A DNA stretch of 64,000 nt from an uncultured Pelagibacteraceae bacterium (GCA_902578305.1 CACHCK010000003.1:105-64104), one strand, 5' to 3'. Counted from the stretch's first letter, positions 48,241 to 59,341 are shown. The notes: generated from the letters alone by a model not told the origin. Numbers and translations: made by a program.

Positions 48241-48954
48241 ATGGATATAATTCTTGAACTAAAAAATATAAAACACAGCTTCACAAGAGATAATGAAGTT
48301 TTAAAAGATATTTCTCTACAAGTAAATCGAGGCGAGATAATTACAATCTTAGGACCCTCTGGATGCGGCAAAACTACATTGCTAAGAATCATTGCAGGTC
48401 TAGAAGAACAATCAGCAGGAACAGTATCGATAGATAATGAACTTGTTTCAGGACATTTAAATCATGTAAATACTGAGGAACGAAATATTGGATTGGTTGT
48501 TCAGGAAAGAGCATTGTTTCCACACCTCTCAATTGTGAACAATGTAAAATTTGGTATAAAAGGTACGAATAAAAATAATACAGAGAGAGCTATGAGTTTA
48601 TTAAAGTTATTTAGTGTTGAGAGATATGCAAAAAACTATCCCCATGAAATATCAAGTGGTGAACAACAAAGGGTTGCATTGGCAAGAGCTATGGCGCCAA
48701 ATCCAAAAATTTTGTTAATGGATGAACCTTTTGGAGCTTTGGATAAAGAATTAAAAGTAAGATTGAGATCTGAAACAAATAAAATTCTTCGTGATAACCT
48801 CACTACAACTATCATTGTTTCTCACGATACTGAAGACGCGCTAGCAATGTCTGATAGAGTTTTAATCATGAAAGATGGTAATTTCATTCAAAACGGCAAA
48901 CCTGAAGATGTCATCTCTATAAGTTCAACCGCATCTCAAAAAAACCTTATTTAA
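48241..48954 (+). CDS. futC: Fe(III) ABC transporter ATPase (short, no C-terminal TOBE domain)
   Basis: GPSGCGKT, ALFPH, SSGEQQRVALARA, LMDEPF, SHD. Confidence 0.85.
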   Translation: MDIILELKNIKHSFTRDNEVLKDISLQVNRGEIITILGPSGCGKTTLLRIIAGLEEQSAGTVSIDNELVSGHLNHVNTEERNIGLVVQERALFPHLSIVNNVKFGIKGTNKNNTERAMSLLKLFSVERYAKNYPHEISSGEQQRVALARAMAPNPKILLMDEPFGALDKELKVRLRSETNKILRDNLTTTIIVSHDTEDALAMSDRVLIMKDGNFIQNGKPEDVISISSTASQKNLI

Positions 48955-49037
48955 TTACCTTTTATTTGATGGTAATTTTTAACTTTTACTAATAAGGTAT
49001 TAATATATATATATTATTAGAAATAATTGAGGAACAA

Positions 49038-49220
49038 ATGGGTATTAGTTTTTGGCAAATATTAATAGTTGTAGCGCTTCTTGTTATACTTTTCGGTAGA
49101 GGAAAAATATCTGAATTAATGGGTGACGTAGCCAAAGGTGTAAAAAGTTTTAAAAAAGGCATCAACGACGATGATGAACCAAAGTCAATAAATAAATCAG
49201 ACGAAGACTCCAAAGATTAA
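49038..49220 (+). CDS. tatA: Twin-arginine translocase TatA
   Basis: [25 protein letters not shown]; SD gagg. Confidence 0.95.
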   Translation: MGISFWQILIVVALLVILFGRGKISELMGDVAKGVKSFKKGINDDDEPKSINKSDEDSKD

Positions 49221-49235
49221 CCTTAAGTAATTGTT

Positions 49236-49532
49236 ATGTTACCTGGTATCGGAGGAGTAGAGTATCTTGTCATTGCAGCATTAATTATCATTTTTGTTGG
49301 ACCGAAAGATTTGCCAGCAGTATTAAGAACTTTTGGCAGGTGGTGGGGTAAAATTAGAAACTTTTCAAGAGAATTTAGATCTAGTATCAATGAGATAGCA
49401 AAAGAAACAGGCGTAGATGATATTAAGTCTAAAGTTGAAAATACAAATCCCAAAAACTTTACAGACGAGATGCGTGACTCGATAAATAAAAATATCATTC
49501 AGTCAGAAAAGCAGAAAAAAGAAAATGAGTGA
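49236..49532 (+). CDS. tatB: Twin-arginine translocase TatB
   Basis: E.LVI...IIFVGPKDLP. Confidence 0.92.
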   Translation: MLPGIGGVEYLVIAALIIIFVGPKDLPAVLRTFGRWWGKIRNFSREFRSSINEIAKETGVDDIKSKVENTNPKNFTDEMRDSINKNIIQSEKQKKENE

Positions 49533-50301
49533 TACAAATGAAACACTTGATGAAGGAAAGCAACCTTTAATTCAACATCTTGTAGAACTTAGAAGCAGAC
49601 TTATTAAGTCACTAATTTTGATTACTGTTATGTTTGTTGTTGCATATATCTTTGCAGACACAATTTATAACTTTTTAGTTCAACCATATGCTGATGCTGT
49701 ACAAGGTGAATCTGGCAGAAGGCTTATATTTACTGCTTTACACGAAACCTTTTTTACTTATTTAAAAGTAGCACTATTTGCCTCTATTTTTGTTTCTCTT
49801 CCATTTATACTGATACAAATTTGGATTTTTGTTGCACCTGGTCTTTATCGCAATGAGAAAACTGTTGTTATTCCATATTTAATTGCAACGCCAATATTAT
49901 TCTTATTAGGAGCGGCATTGGTTTATTATTTTATTATGCCACTTGCCATCAAATTCTTTCTATCTTTCGAATCGATTGGTGGCCAAGGAACATTACCAAT
50001 CCAATTAGAAGCTAAGGTAAATGAGTATTTAAGCTTAATTATGCGTCTAATATTTGCATTCGGTATCAGTTTTCAACTACCAGTTCTTTTGACATTATTA
50101 GCAAGAGTAGGTTTTGTCAGTTCTGAAGGATTAAGAAAAAATAGAAAGTATGTGATTGTAGGAGTTTTTGCAGTAGCGGCTATTTTAACACCACCTGACC
50201 CGATCTCCCAAATAGGGCTTGGAATACCAATATTATTGCTGTATGAAATTTCAATATTTGCTGTAAAATTTATCGAAGGGAAAAAACCTAAATCCGAGTA
50301 A
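49525..50301 (+). CDS. tatC: Twin-arginine translocase TatC
   Basis: HLVELRSRL, FVAPGLY, FQLP, LTPPD. Confidence 0.96.
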   Translation: MSDTNETLDEGKQPLIQHLVELRSRLIKSLILITVMFVVAYIFADTIYNFLVQPYADAVQGESGRRLIFTALHETFFTYLKVALFASIFVSLPFILIQIWIFVAPGLYRNEKTVVIPYLIATPILFLLGAALVYYFIMPLAIKFFLSFESIGGQGTLPIQLEAKVNEYLSLIMRLIFAFGISFQLPVLLTLLARVGFVSSEGLRKNRKYVIVGVFAVAAILTPPDPISQIGLGIPILLLYEISIFAVKFIEGKKPKSE

Positions 50302-50304
50302 GAC

Positions 50305-51573
50305 ATGCATGACATTAAGAAAATAAGAGAGAATCCCTCAGATTTAGATGAGTTATTAGCCAAAAGAAAACATCCGCCAGTTTCAAATCAAATAATTGAA
50401 TTAGATGAAAAGAACAGGGAAATTATTGGTGAGCTTCAAGTTATTCAAGAAGAGAGAAACACCAAGTCAAAGCTTATAGGAGAATATGCGGCTAATGGAA
50501 AAAATGATGAAGCCGCTAAGTTAAAGGTCGAAGTTACAAGTTTAAAAGATAAAATGCAGGAGTTAGAGAATAGTCAAAGAGAAAAACAAGAAGAACTCAA
50601 TACTGTTTTATCTTCTTTACCAAATAATCCAGCAGATGATGTGCCGGTTGGTGATGAAAGTTTAAATAAAGAGATTAAGTTGGAAGGCAACAAAAAAGAA
50701 TTTTCTTTTACTCCAAAAGAACACGATGAACTAGGCGAAAACCTCAACATGATGAGTTTTGAACAAGCCACAAAAATCTCTGGAGCGAGGTTTGTTGTAC
50801 AAAGTGGCTTGATTGCTAGAATGGAAAGAGCAATATCTAATTTTATGTTAGATCTTCATACAAATGAATTTGGATACACAGAGATGAATGTTCCTATACT
50901 TGTTAAAGACCAATCAGTTTATGGTGTAGGACAGCTTCCAAAGTTTAAAGATGATTTATTTAAAACAACTGATGACTATTGGCTTATACCAACGGCTGAG
51001 GTTCCTCTTAGTAATATGACTAGAGAATCAATTATTGATATTTTAGATTTGCCTAAACGATATGTATCTCATACGCCATGTTTCAGATCTGAAGCTGGTG
51101 CAGCAGGGAAAGATACAAGAGGTATTATGAGACAACATCAATTTTATAAAGTTGAGCTTGTAAGTTTAACATCAGAAAGTCAATCTAAGGATGAACATGA
51201 AAGAATGTTAAGTTGTGCAGAGGAAGTTTTAAAAAGATTAAATCTTCATTATAGAGTTGTCATATTGTCTTCTGAGGATATGGGCTTTGCTGCGCAAAAA
51301 ACATATGATATTGAAGTATGGCTGCCTGGTCAAAAAGCATACAGAGAAATATCTAGTTGCTCTAATTGTGGAGATTTTCAAGCAAGAAGAATGAACTCTC
51401 GTTACAAAGAAGGTAAAGAAACTAAATTTTTGCATACATTAAATGGATCAGGTTTAGCCGTAGGACGAACCTTAATATCTATTCTTGAAAATTATCAAAA
51501 CGAAGATGGGACTATTCAAGTGCCAGATGCTCTTATTCCATACATGGGTGGAATAAATCAAATTTCAAATTAA
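50305..51573 (+). CDS. serS: Serine--tRNA ligase
   Basis: PTAEV, FRSEAG, RQHQFYKVE, EISSCS, TLNGSGLAVGR. Confidence 0.97.
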   Translation: MHDIKKIRENPSDLDELLAKRKHPPVSNQIIELDEKNREIIGELQVIQEERNTKSKLIGEYAANGKNDEAAKLKVEVTSLKDKMQELENSQREKQEELNTVLSSLPNNPADDVPVGDESLNKEIKLEGNKKEFSFTPKEHDELGENLNMMSFEQATKISGARFVVQSGLIARMERAISNFMLDLHTNEFGYTEMNVPILVKDQSVYGVGQLPKFKDDLFKTTDDYWLIPTAEVPLSNMTRESIIDILDLPKRYVSHTPCFRSEAGAAGKDTRGIMRQHQFYKVELVSLTSESQSKDEHERMLSCAEEVLKRLNLHYRVVILSSEDMGFAAQKTYDIEVWLPGQKAYREISSCSNCGDFQARRMNSRYKEGKETKFLHTLNGSGLAVGRTLISILENYQNEDGTIQVPDALIPYMGGINQISN

Positions 51574-51582
51574 TTCATCTAT

Positions 51583-52407
51583 ATGTCAGTTATTGATCTT
51601 AATGAAGCGAGGATATTGATTACAAATGATGATGGAATATCTGCAGAGGGTATTAAAATACTAAGAGTTATTGCTAATGAATTTTCAGATGATGTCTGGG
51701 TCGTTGCACCTGAACATGAAAAAAGTGGTGCATCACATGCTTTGTCTTTTCAAAACGAATTAACACTTAAAAAGTACGATGAGAAGATATTTTCAGTTAA
51801 TGGTACTCCTAGCGATTGTGTTGCAATTGGTATAAGCAATGTTTTAAAAGATAAAAGACCAGATTTAATTCTGTCAGGTATCAATAGTGGCTGCAATGTT
51901 GGAGAAGATGTTACATATTCAGGCACAATTGCTGCAGCAATGGAAGGTTTAATTAGACGCATTCCATCAATTGCAATCAGTCAAAATTATGAGGCTGGCA
52001 AAAAAAATCAAATTGTTTGGGATGCTTCAAAAAAATTTTTAAAAAATATTTTACTTGAACTTACAATTCTTGGCTGGCCAAATAATGTATTCATGAATAT
52101 TAATTTTCCATATTGCACAGCTGATTTAGTTAAAAGTATACAGATAACAACACAAGGAAACAGGGAAACTGACGACTTGATAATTAATGAAGTTCAGAAG
52201 TCAAAATTTAGATTCGGTTTACGAAGGCGGCTTGAAGAAAATGTTAATCTAAGTATTCCTCCTCTAAATGAAACAGTTGAGGGATATATGAGTGATGTAG
52301 AGGCATTGGCAGATCATCACATATCAATAACACCTCTTCATTTAGATCTTACGCATCACAAAAGTCTAAGTGATTTAAAAAAAGGTTTAAAAACTGATCT
52401 AAATTAA
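51583..52407 (+). CDS. surE: 5'/3'-nucleotidase SurE
   Basis: ILITNDDG, VVAP...SG, GTPSDC, SGIN.G.N, YSGT. Confidence 0.95.
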   Translation: MSVIDLNEARILITNDDGISAEGIKILRVIANEFSDDVWVVAPEHEKSGASHALSFQNELTLKKYDEKIFSVNGTPSDCVAIGISNVLKDKRPDLILSGINSGCNVGEDVTYSGTIAAAMEGLIRRIPSIAISQNYEAGKKNQIVWDASKKFLKNILLELTILGWPNNVFMNINFPYCTADLVKSIQITTQGNRETDDLIINEVQKSKFRFGLRRRLEENVNLSIPPLNETVEGYMSDVEALADHHISITPLHLDLTHHKSLSDLKKGLKTDLN

Positions 52408-52471
52408 TTATTTAGTTCAAAAATATTACCTAAGTATGTATATTGCCTAAGTTATTTTAAAGGAGAATTCC

Positions 52472-52750
52472 ATGGAACAAATGCTCATTCAATTAATGCC
52501 ATTATTCTTAATTTTTGCGATTTTTTATTTTTTATTGATAAGACCTCAGCAAAGAAGAGCAAAAGAACATAGAGAGATGGTTGCTGCTGTTCAGCGAGGT
52601 GATAAGATTGTCAGCTCAGGAGGAGTCAGAGGAAAAGTAGTCAAAGTAATCGGAGATACTGATGTGGAAGTTGAAATATCCTCAGGAGTAAATGTTGTAA
52701 TGATTAAATCAACAATTGCCGAAGTAGAGAAAGTAAATACATCACAATAA
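52472..52750 (+). CDS. yajC: Preprotein translocase subunit YajC
   Basis: FYFLLIRPQ, GD.IVSSGG; SD aaggag. Confidence 0.95.
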   Translation: MEQMLIQLMPLFLIFAIFYFLLIRPQQRRAKEHREMVAAVQRGDKIVSSGGVRGKVVKVIGDTDVEVEISSGVNVVMIKSTIAEVEKVNTSQ

Positions 52751-52756
52751 ATTTTC

Positions 52757-54367
52757 ATGCTGTACTTTTCAAATTTAAAAATATTTTCAGTATTGACTGT
52801 AATCATAATTACATTACTTTTTGCTGTTCCCAATTTTTTTGGGAAAGATCAATTAGAAACATTTCCAAATTTTTTTCCTAAGCAAAAAGTAAACCTCGGC
52901 TTGGACCTTCAAGGGGGCTCACATTTATTGTTAGAGGTTGATACCGAAGAAATTATAAAGGAGAGAGTAGAAAACCTTAATGCAGACGTTCGAAGAGTCT
53001 TAAAGAAAAACAATCTTAATTATAGTAATTTCAAGGTTTCAAATGAATCCCTAAAATTCATTGTTGAGGGTTTTAACAGTGAAATTCAAAAAGAAATTTC
53101 CGAGCTATCCATGAGTAACTCTCAAAATATTCTTGCAATGGGAGATCAAACTAATCTAATTATTACCCAAGAAGAAAATACTGTTCAGATAAATTTTACT
53201 GAAGAATTTATAAAACAATCTGTTTCGAATGCAGTTGCCCAATCGTTAGAAATTGTTCGAAGGAGAATAGATGAACTTGGCACAAGAGAGCCATCAATAC
53301 AAAGAGAAGGATCATCCAGGATAATAATTCAATTACCAGGCATTGATGACCCAGACCGTATTAAGTCTTTACTGGGCCAAACGGCTAAACTTACTTTTCA
53401 ATTAGTTGATACTTCTGTGAATTTCGACCCTTTTAATCCCTCAAAGGCACCAATTGGTTCAGAAATTTTGGCATCTGATGCGGATGAAGAGTTTAAATAC
53501 ATTGTAAAAAAGCGAATTATGGTTGGAGGTGAAAATCTTGTTGATGCGCAACCTGGTTTTGACCCTCAAACAAATGAACCAATTGTATCTTTTAGGTTTG
53601 ATCGTATAGGTGCAACAAAGTTTGGAAGGGTTACACAGCAAAATGTAGGCAAACCTTTTGCGATTGTACTTGATAATAAAGTAATAAGTGCGCCAGTAAT
53701 AAGGGAAGCTATTTTGGGTGGTTCTGGTCAGATTTCTGGCGGTTTTGACTCAGAAGAAGCAAATGATCTTGCTATTCTTTTGCGAGCTGGTGCTTTACCG
53801 GCTCCACTAATTATTTTAGAAGAAAGGTCAGTTGGACCTGATCTTGGCGCTGACTCAATTGAAGCTGGTCAGTTTGCAGCAATAATTGGTTTTATTGCTG
53901 TCATTATTTTTATGATATTTGTCTATAGATATTTTGGCCTGCTTGCAGATATAGCATTAATTATAAATTTATTTATGGTCCTTGGCGTTTTATCTTTGTT
54001 TCAAGCAACTCTAACATTACCTGGTATCGCTGGAATAATATTAACAATTGGAATGGCTGTGGATGCAAATGTTCTAATTTTTGAGAGAGTAAAAGAAGAA
54101 ATTAGAAATGGATCGAATATGATGAATGCTGTTGAAAACGGGTATAAAAGAGCTTTATCAACTATATTAGATGCAAATATCACAACATTGATTGCTGCAA
54201 TAATATTATTCTTTATGGCTTCGGGGCCAGTGAGAGGTTTCTCTATTACATTGGCTATTGGAATCTTTACATCAGTTTTCACTGCATTTACTTTCACAAG
54301 ATTACTAATTTCATTCAACGCTAAAAGATTAAAACCAAATTTTGTAGGTCTAAGTAAAAATGCTTAA
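52757..54367 (+). CDS. secD: Protein translocase subunit SecD
   Basis: LGLDLQGG, RRIDELG, LRAGALPA, GMAVDANVLIFER. Confidence 0.96.
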   Translation: MLYFSNLKIFSVLTVIIITLLFAVPNFFGKDQLETFPNFFPKQKVNLGLDLQGGSHLLLEVDTEEIIKERVENLNADVRRVLKKNNLNYSNFKVSNESLKFIVEGFNSEIQKEISELSMSNSQNILAMGDQTNLIITQEENTVQINFTEEFIKQSVSNAVAQSLEIVRRRIDELGTREPSIQREGSSRIIIQLPGIDDPDRIKSLLGQTAKLTFQLVDTSVNFDPFNPSKAPIGSEILASDADEEFKYIVKKRIMVGGENLVDAQPGFDPQTNEPIVSFRFDRIGATKFGRVTQQNVGKPFAIVLDNKVISAPVIREAILGGSGQISGGFDSEEANDLAILLRAGALPAPLIILEERSVGPDLGADSIEAGQFAAIIGFIAVIIFMIFVYRYFGLLADIALIINLFMVLGVLSLFQATLTLPGIAGIILTIGMAVDANVLIFERVKEEIRNGSNMMNAVENGYKRALSTILDANITTLIAAIILFFMASGPVRGFSITLAIGIFTSVFTAFTFTRLLISFNAKRLKPNFVGLSKNA

Positions 54368-55286
54368 TATTTCTGGAACACAAATTAATTTTTTAAAAGT
54401 AAGGGTAATTACCTTTATTCTTTCTGCAATATTGATATTTCTTTCAATAGGTGCTTTTTTTGTAAATGGATTGAATTTTGGAATTGATTTTAAGGGTGGT
54501 ACGCTTATTGAAATCGAAACATCTCAAGAAATAGAAATTTCTGGTTTAAGAGATAACTTGAATACCCTTGAATTAGGGGATGTTCAAGTTCAAGAATTTG
54601 GATCTAGTAAAAATTTACTAATTAGAGTAGAGCAACAATTAGGTGGAGATCAAGTTCAACAAGATGTTGTTCAAATAGTAAAAGATAGTTTAGGGTCTTA
54701 TCTTTCATCCGATATTAATTTTAGAAGAACTGAGGTTGTAGGGCCTAAGGTTAGTGGAGAATTAATACAATCTGGTGCTATAGCAATTTTTGTCGCTGTA
54801 TTTGCAATGCTTGTTTACATTTGGTTTAGGTTTGAATGGCAGTTTTCACTAGGAGCAGTTCTCGCACTTGTTCATGACGTCATATTAACCATAGGTGTTT
54901 TTTGTATAACTCAATTAGAGTTCAATTTACCCATCATTGCTGCAATACTTACTATTGTTGGATACTCTATGAACGATACAGTTGTTGTGTACGATAGGGT
55001 CAGAGAAAACTTACGTAAGTACCGTTCAAAGGAAATTACAGATTTATTAAATTTGTCAATTAACGATACTTTATCAAGAACAATCGTCACTTCTGTGACT
55101 ACGCTTTTAGCTTTGTTATCGTTATTCATTTTTGGAGGTGAAGTGATTAAAGGGTTTACGTTTGCAATGATTTGGGGAGTTATAGTTGGAACATATTCAT
55201 CAATTTTTGTAGCAGCGCCATTACTGAGATACCTTGATGTAAAACGTGAGTGGAATACGACGTCAGCAGTAGACTCAACTAGATAA
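54360..55286 (+). CDS. secF: Protein translocase subunit SecF
   Basis: GIDFKGG, VGPKVS, GYSMNDTVVVYDRVRE, GTYSS. Confidence 0.96.
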   Translation: MLNISGTQINFLKVRVITFILSAILIFLSIGAFFVNGLNFGIDFKGGTLIEIETSQEIEISGLRDNLNTLELGDVQVQEFGSSKNLLIRVEQQLGGDQVQQDVVQIVKDSLGSYLSSDINFRRTEVVGPKVSGELIQSGAIAIFVAVFAMLVYIWFRFEWQFSLGAVLALVHDVILTIGVFCITQLEFNLPIIAAILTIVGYSMNDTVVVYDRVRENLRKYRSKEITDLLNLSINDTLSRTIVTSVTTLLALLSLFIFGGEVIKGFTFAMIWGVIVGTYSSIFVAAPLLRYLDVKREWNTTSAVDSTR

Positions 55287-55287
55287 T

Positions 55288-55896
55288 TTAGTAAAGATTT
55301 TGTGCAACTACCATTGCTAACAGCATAGGAATAGAAAGCACGGTGTTTGTTCTTGAGAATAGCATTGCTGTTCTAGCTGATTTTGCTTTTGTATCTGCAT
55401 CAACTTCAACAATTCCCAATGCTTTCTTTTGATTTGGCCAAATAACCATCCATACATTATAAGCCATAATGATAGCAAGCCACATACCAATTCCTATTGT
55501 AAGTTCTTTACCATTAAATCCATAAGCCAATGTAAATGTAAGAGCATTGACTGATCCCTCATGTCCATAATAAAGAGCTAGAGTTGTAAGACCTGTAATT
55601 AATGTTGCCAAAGCAGCCCATCTGAACCAGAAAAGAGCCGCTGGGGCAATAACTTTTCCTATCGCTGGTTTTTGCTCATCAGGAATATTTGGCATATTAG
55701 GAATCTGTACGAAATTAAAGTAATAGAGGAGGCCAATCCACATGACTCCAGATATGACGTGAAGAAATCTCGAGAGTGAGGCCCAATATAGTTGGTCAAA
55801 GCCACCATAGTGGCCTGTAACCATAATGAGCAAAAGAATTGCCAACAAAGTTCCAAGAATGACTGTTTTTTGCAATGATTGTAATATTGATGCCAT
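55288..55896 (-). CDS. Membrane protein of the urate hydroxylase PuuD N-terminal family (no cytochrome c domain)
   Basis: RFLHV..GVMWIGLLYYFN, ALFWFRW.A, NVW.VIWPNQK, SRTNT. Confidence 0.75.
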   Translation of the reverse strand: MASILQSLQKTVILGTLLAILLLIMVTGHYGGFDQLYWASLSRFLHVISGVMWIGLLYYFNFVQIPNMPNIPDEQKPAIGKVIAPAALFWFRWAALATLITGLTTLALYYGHEGSVNALTFTLAYGFNGKELTIGIGMWLAIIMAYNVWMVIWPNQKKALGIVEVDADTKAKSARTAMLFSRTNTVLSIPMLLAMVVAQNLY

Positions 55897-55944
55897 TAAC
55901 GATTCATAGCATGTTTTATGCGTGTGTGTAAAATATTTATGTGA

Positions 55945-58773
55945 CTATTTGAGAATTTTATTTAAATACTGTCCTGTATAACTTTTTTTGAGTTTTGCAA
56001 TATCTTCTGGTGAACCGCTTCCTATTATTTCACCGCCACCGTCACCCCCTTCCGGGCCCAAGTCGATGATCCAATCAGCTGTTTTTATGACGTCTAAATT
56101 ATGCTCTATCACAACAACAGTGTTACCTTGATCTACTAAAATTTGGAGTACCTCGAGTAGTTTCTTAATGTCATGGACATGAAGTCCCGTAGTTGGCTCA
56201 TCAAGTATGTACAAGGTTTTGCCTGTGGCTCTTTTTGAAAGTTCTTTTGAAAGTTTAATTCTTTGTGCTTCACCACCCGATAAAGTAGTAGCTTGCTGAC
56301 CAATTTTTATATAGCCAAGTCCTACATTTTGAAGTGTATCGAGTTTCTTTTTAATCATTGGGATTGTTTCAAAAAAAGAACATCCTTCTTCAACTGTCAT
56401 ATCTAAAATATCTGCAATACTCTTATCTTTGTACTTAATTTCAAGCGTTTCTCTGTTGTATCTTTTGCCCTCACATTCATCGCAAGTGACATATACATCA
56501 GGAAGAAAGTGCATCTCTATCTTAATTACACCATCACCTTCACAAGCTTCGCATCTACCGCCCTTAACATTGAATGAAAATCTTCCAGCTTTATAACCTC
56601 TGGCTTTTGATTCTGGCAAACCGGTAAACCAGTCTCTTATAAAAGTGAAGGCCCCGGTATAAGTTGCAGGATTTGATCTTGGGGTCCTTCCAATTGGAGA
56701 TTGGTCAATATCTATAACTTTATCAAGCTCTTGAAGACCCTTTATTTCCTTGTGCTTTGCAGGTGTGTACCTTGACCCGTTTAACGTTTGTGCGACTGAC
56801 TTAAAAAGCGTATTAATTGTTAAAGTTGATTTACCGCTACCAGAAACTCCGGTAATACAAGTAAGTGTTCCAAGAGGAATTTCGCAGTCGACATTTTTAA
56901 GATTATTGCCCTCAGCTTTTATAATTTCTATATATTTATTATTTAGTGCTTTTCTTCTATTGCTAGGTATTTCAATTTTTAGTTTACCAGATAAGTATTG
57001 ACCAGTTATGCTATTTTGATTTTTTTTAATTTTAGTAACATTGCCCTCAGCAACTACTCTTCCGCCATTAACACCAGCAGCCGGTCCCAAGTCAACTACA
57101 TGATCAGCTGTCGTGATTGCCTCTTCATCATGCTCAACGACAATAACTGTATTTCCAAGATCTCTTAATCTTTTAAGAGTTTTTAACAATCTTTCATTAT
57201 CACGCTGATGCAAGCCAATCGAAGGTTCGTCTAGCACATAGAGAACTCCTGTCAAACCTGATCCAATTTGTGATGCAAGACGAATACGTTGTGACTCACC
57301 GCCTGATAAACTACCCGAACCTCTTGAAAGAGTTAGATATTCAAGACCTACATTATTTAAAAAAAGTATCCTTTCATTGAGTTCCTTAAGAATTCTAAAT
57401 GCAATTTCTTTTTCTTTTTTAGTTAATTTTTTCTCAAGTTTCTGAAACCAAATAACAAGTTCTTTAATAGATTTGTCGCATACCTCACCTATGTGCAGCT
57501 TATCTATCTTTACAGCCAATGCAGTCTCTTTAAGCCTAAAACCATTGCATGCATGACATCTTACTTCACTCTGATATCTCTCTATTCTTCCACGCATCCA
57601 ATCACTTTCTGTCTCTAGATATCTGCGCTCAAGATTATTGATTACTCCTTCGAAAGGTCTTTCATACTCATAACCGTCATCATAAGTAAACTTTAATTCT
57701 GTTTCACCAGAGCCATAAAGTAATATGTTTTGAATTTTTTTTCCTAGTGATTTCCAAGGTGTATCAAGTGAAAATTTATATTTTCTAGCTACAACCTTTA
57801 AAATATTTCTAAAATACCCGTATCTCGAAACTGGCCAAGGAGCAAGCGCATCCTCATTTATTGAAAGGTTTTTATTTGGAACAACTAAATTAGGATCAAT
57901 TGATAAATCAGTACCAATTCCATCACACTCTTCACATGCTCCATAAGGATTATTAAAAGAAAATAACCTTGGTTCAATTTCGTCAATTGTGAAACCGGAT
58001 ACAGGACAAGCAAATTTTGATGAAAATAGTTCATTATCTATTTTACCATTTTTCATCTCGAAGTTTTCAACGATCACCAATCCATCACTTAAATTGAGGG
58101 CAGTTTCGACACTATCCGCCAACCTGTTACCTATTTCATCGTTTAGTACGATACGGTCTACTACAACCTCGATGTCATGTTTCTTTTTTTTATCAATTTC
58201 AGGTAAAGAGTCGAATTCGTATAATTCCCCATCAATCTTTACTCTTTGAAAACCTTTCTTGTGCAATTCTTGTAATTCCTTTTTGTACTCACCTTTTCTT
58301 CCTCTGATAATTGGAGACAATATTAGAAACTTTGAACCTATTTCTCTTTCTTTTATTCGATCAACTATTTGGGTCACTGTCTGACTTTTAATGGGTAATC
58401 CTGTTGCAGGAGAATAGGGTATTCCAACCCTCGCAAAAAGAAGACGAAGATAATCATATACCTCTGTAACAGTACCAACTGTTGACCTAGGATTTTTTGA
58501 TGTTGTTTTTTGTTCGATGGAAATTGCGGGACTTAACCCTTCTATTAAATCAACATTTGGTTTTTGCATCATTTGCAAAAACTGTCTTGCATAAGCTGAT
58601 AAGCTCTCAACGTATCTTCTTTGGCCTTCAGCATAAATCGTATCAAAAGCAAGGGAAGATTTACCTGAGCCAGACAAACCAGTTATTATTGTTAGCTTCT
58701 CACGGGGTATTTTGACGTTAACATTTTTTAAATTATGTTCACGGGCTCCTTGTACTGAAATTGTCTTACTCAT
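55945..58773 (-). CDS. uvrA: Excinuclease ABC subunit A
   Basis: Two ABC domains ([23 protein letters not shown]), zinc fingers. Confidence 0.98.
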   Translation of the reverse strand: MSKTISVQGAREHNLKNVNVKIPREKLTIITGLSGSGKSSLAFDTIYAEGQRRYVESLSAYARQFLQMMQKPNVDLIEGLSPAISIEQKTTSKNPRSTVGTVTEVYDYLRLLFARVGIPYSPATGLPIKSQTVTQIVDRIKEREIGSKFLILSPIIRGRKGEYKKELQELHKKGFQRVKIDGELYEFDSLPEIDKKKKHDIEVVVDRIVLNDEIGNRLADSVETALNLSDGLVIVENFEMKNGKIDNELFSSKFACPVSGFTIDEIEPRLFSFNNPYGACEECDGIGTDLSIDPNLVVPNKNLSINEDALAPWPVSRYGYFRNILKVVARKYKFSLDTPWKSLGKKIQNILLYGSGETELKFTYDDGYEYERPFEGVINNLERRYLETESDWMRGRIERYQSEVRCHACNGFRLKETALAVKIDKLHIGEVCDKSIKELVIWFQKLEKKLTKKEKEIAFRILKELNERILFLNNVGLEYLTLSRGSGSLSGGESQRIRLASQIGSGLTGVLYVLDEPSIGLHQRDNERLLKTLKRLRDLGNTVIVVEHDEEAITTADHVVDLGPAAGVNGGRVVAEGNVTKIKKNQNSITGQYLSGKLKIEIPSNRRKALNNKYIEIIKAEGNNLKNVDCEIPLGTLTCITGVSGSGKSTLTINTLFKSVAQTLNGSRYTPAKHKEIKGLQELDKVIDIDQSPIGRTPRSNPATYTGAFTFIRDWFTGLPESKARGYKAGRFSFNVKGGRCEACEGDGVIKIEMHFLPDVYVTCDECEGKRYNRETLEIKYKDKSIADILDMTVEEGCSFFETIPMIKKKLDTLQNVGLGYIKIGQQATTLSGGEAQRIKLSKELSKRATGKTLYILDEPTTGLHVHDIKKLLEVLQILVDQGNTVVVIEHNLDVIKTADWIIDLGPEGGDGGGEIIGSGSPEDIAKLKKSYTGQYLNKILK

Positions 58774-58814
58774 AAGAATTAATTAATCTTAACACTCCTG
58801 ATTTAAAGATAACC

Positions 58815-58823
58815 TGTGCATAA
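58815..58823 (-). promoter_or_regulatory. Possible DnaA box in the uvrA/ssb divergent spacer
   Basis: TTATGCACA on the minus strand matches TTWTNCACA. Confidence 0.3.
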
Positions 58824-58882
58824 ACAGCAAAATAGGGATTTTTGTATGTACAGTGCATCAATATCTGGATAAATTACAATAT

Positions 58883-59341
58883 ATGGCTGCTAGTTTAAAT
58901 AAAGTAATGCTAATAGGTAATCTTGGAGCAGACCCTGTAATTCGTCAGACTCAAGATGGGAAAAGGCTTGCCCAACTTAGCTTAGCTACATCCGAGTCAT
59001 GGAAAGACAAGGCTACAGGCGAGAAAAAAGAAAAAACCAGTTGGCACAGAATAGTCATATTTAACGATGGTTTAGCAGGTGTTGTTGAGAGTTACCTTAA
59101 AAAAGGTTCAAAAATTTACATTGAAGGCCAATTACAAACTAGGAAATTTACAGATCAGAGTGGAGTTGAAAAATATACGACGGAAATAGTTCTTGGAAAC
59201 TATAATGGCACACTTACCATGCTTGACTCAAGGAACTCAGGAGGCGGCGATTCAATTCCAGATATGGGTTCAGATATAAATCAAGACATGGGAGACAGTG
59301 CTCCACCTGACCTTGATATAGACGACGAAATACCCTTTTAA
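58883..59341 (+). CDS. ssb: Single-stranded DNA-binding protein
   Basis: [28 protein letters not shown]-terminal DDEIPF; start moved to ATG 58883. Confidence 0.97.
   Translation: MAASLNKVMLIGNLGADPVIRQTQDGKRLAQLSLATSESWKDKATGEKKEKTSWHRIVIFNDGLAGVVESYLKKGSKIYIEGQLQTRKFTDQSGVEKYTTEIVLGNYNGTLTMLDSRNSGGGDSIPDMGSDINQDMGDSAPPDLDIDDEIPF

Noticed and set aside
58814-58827. CTGT-gcataa-ACAG as a gamma-type SOS box
   Set aside because: Spacer is 6 nt rather than 8, and this is not the alphaproteobacterial LexA motif
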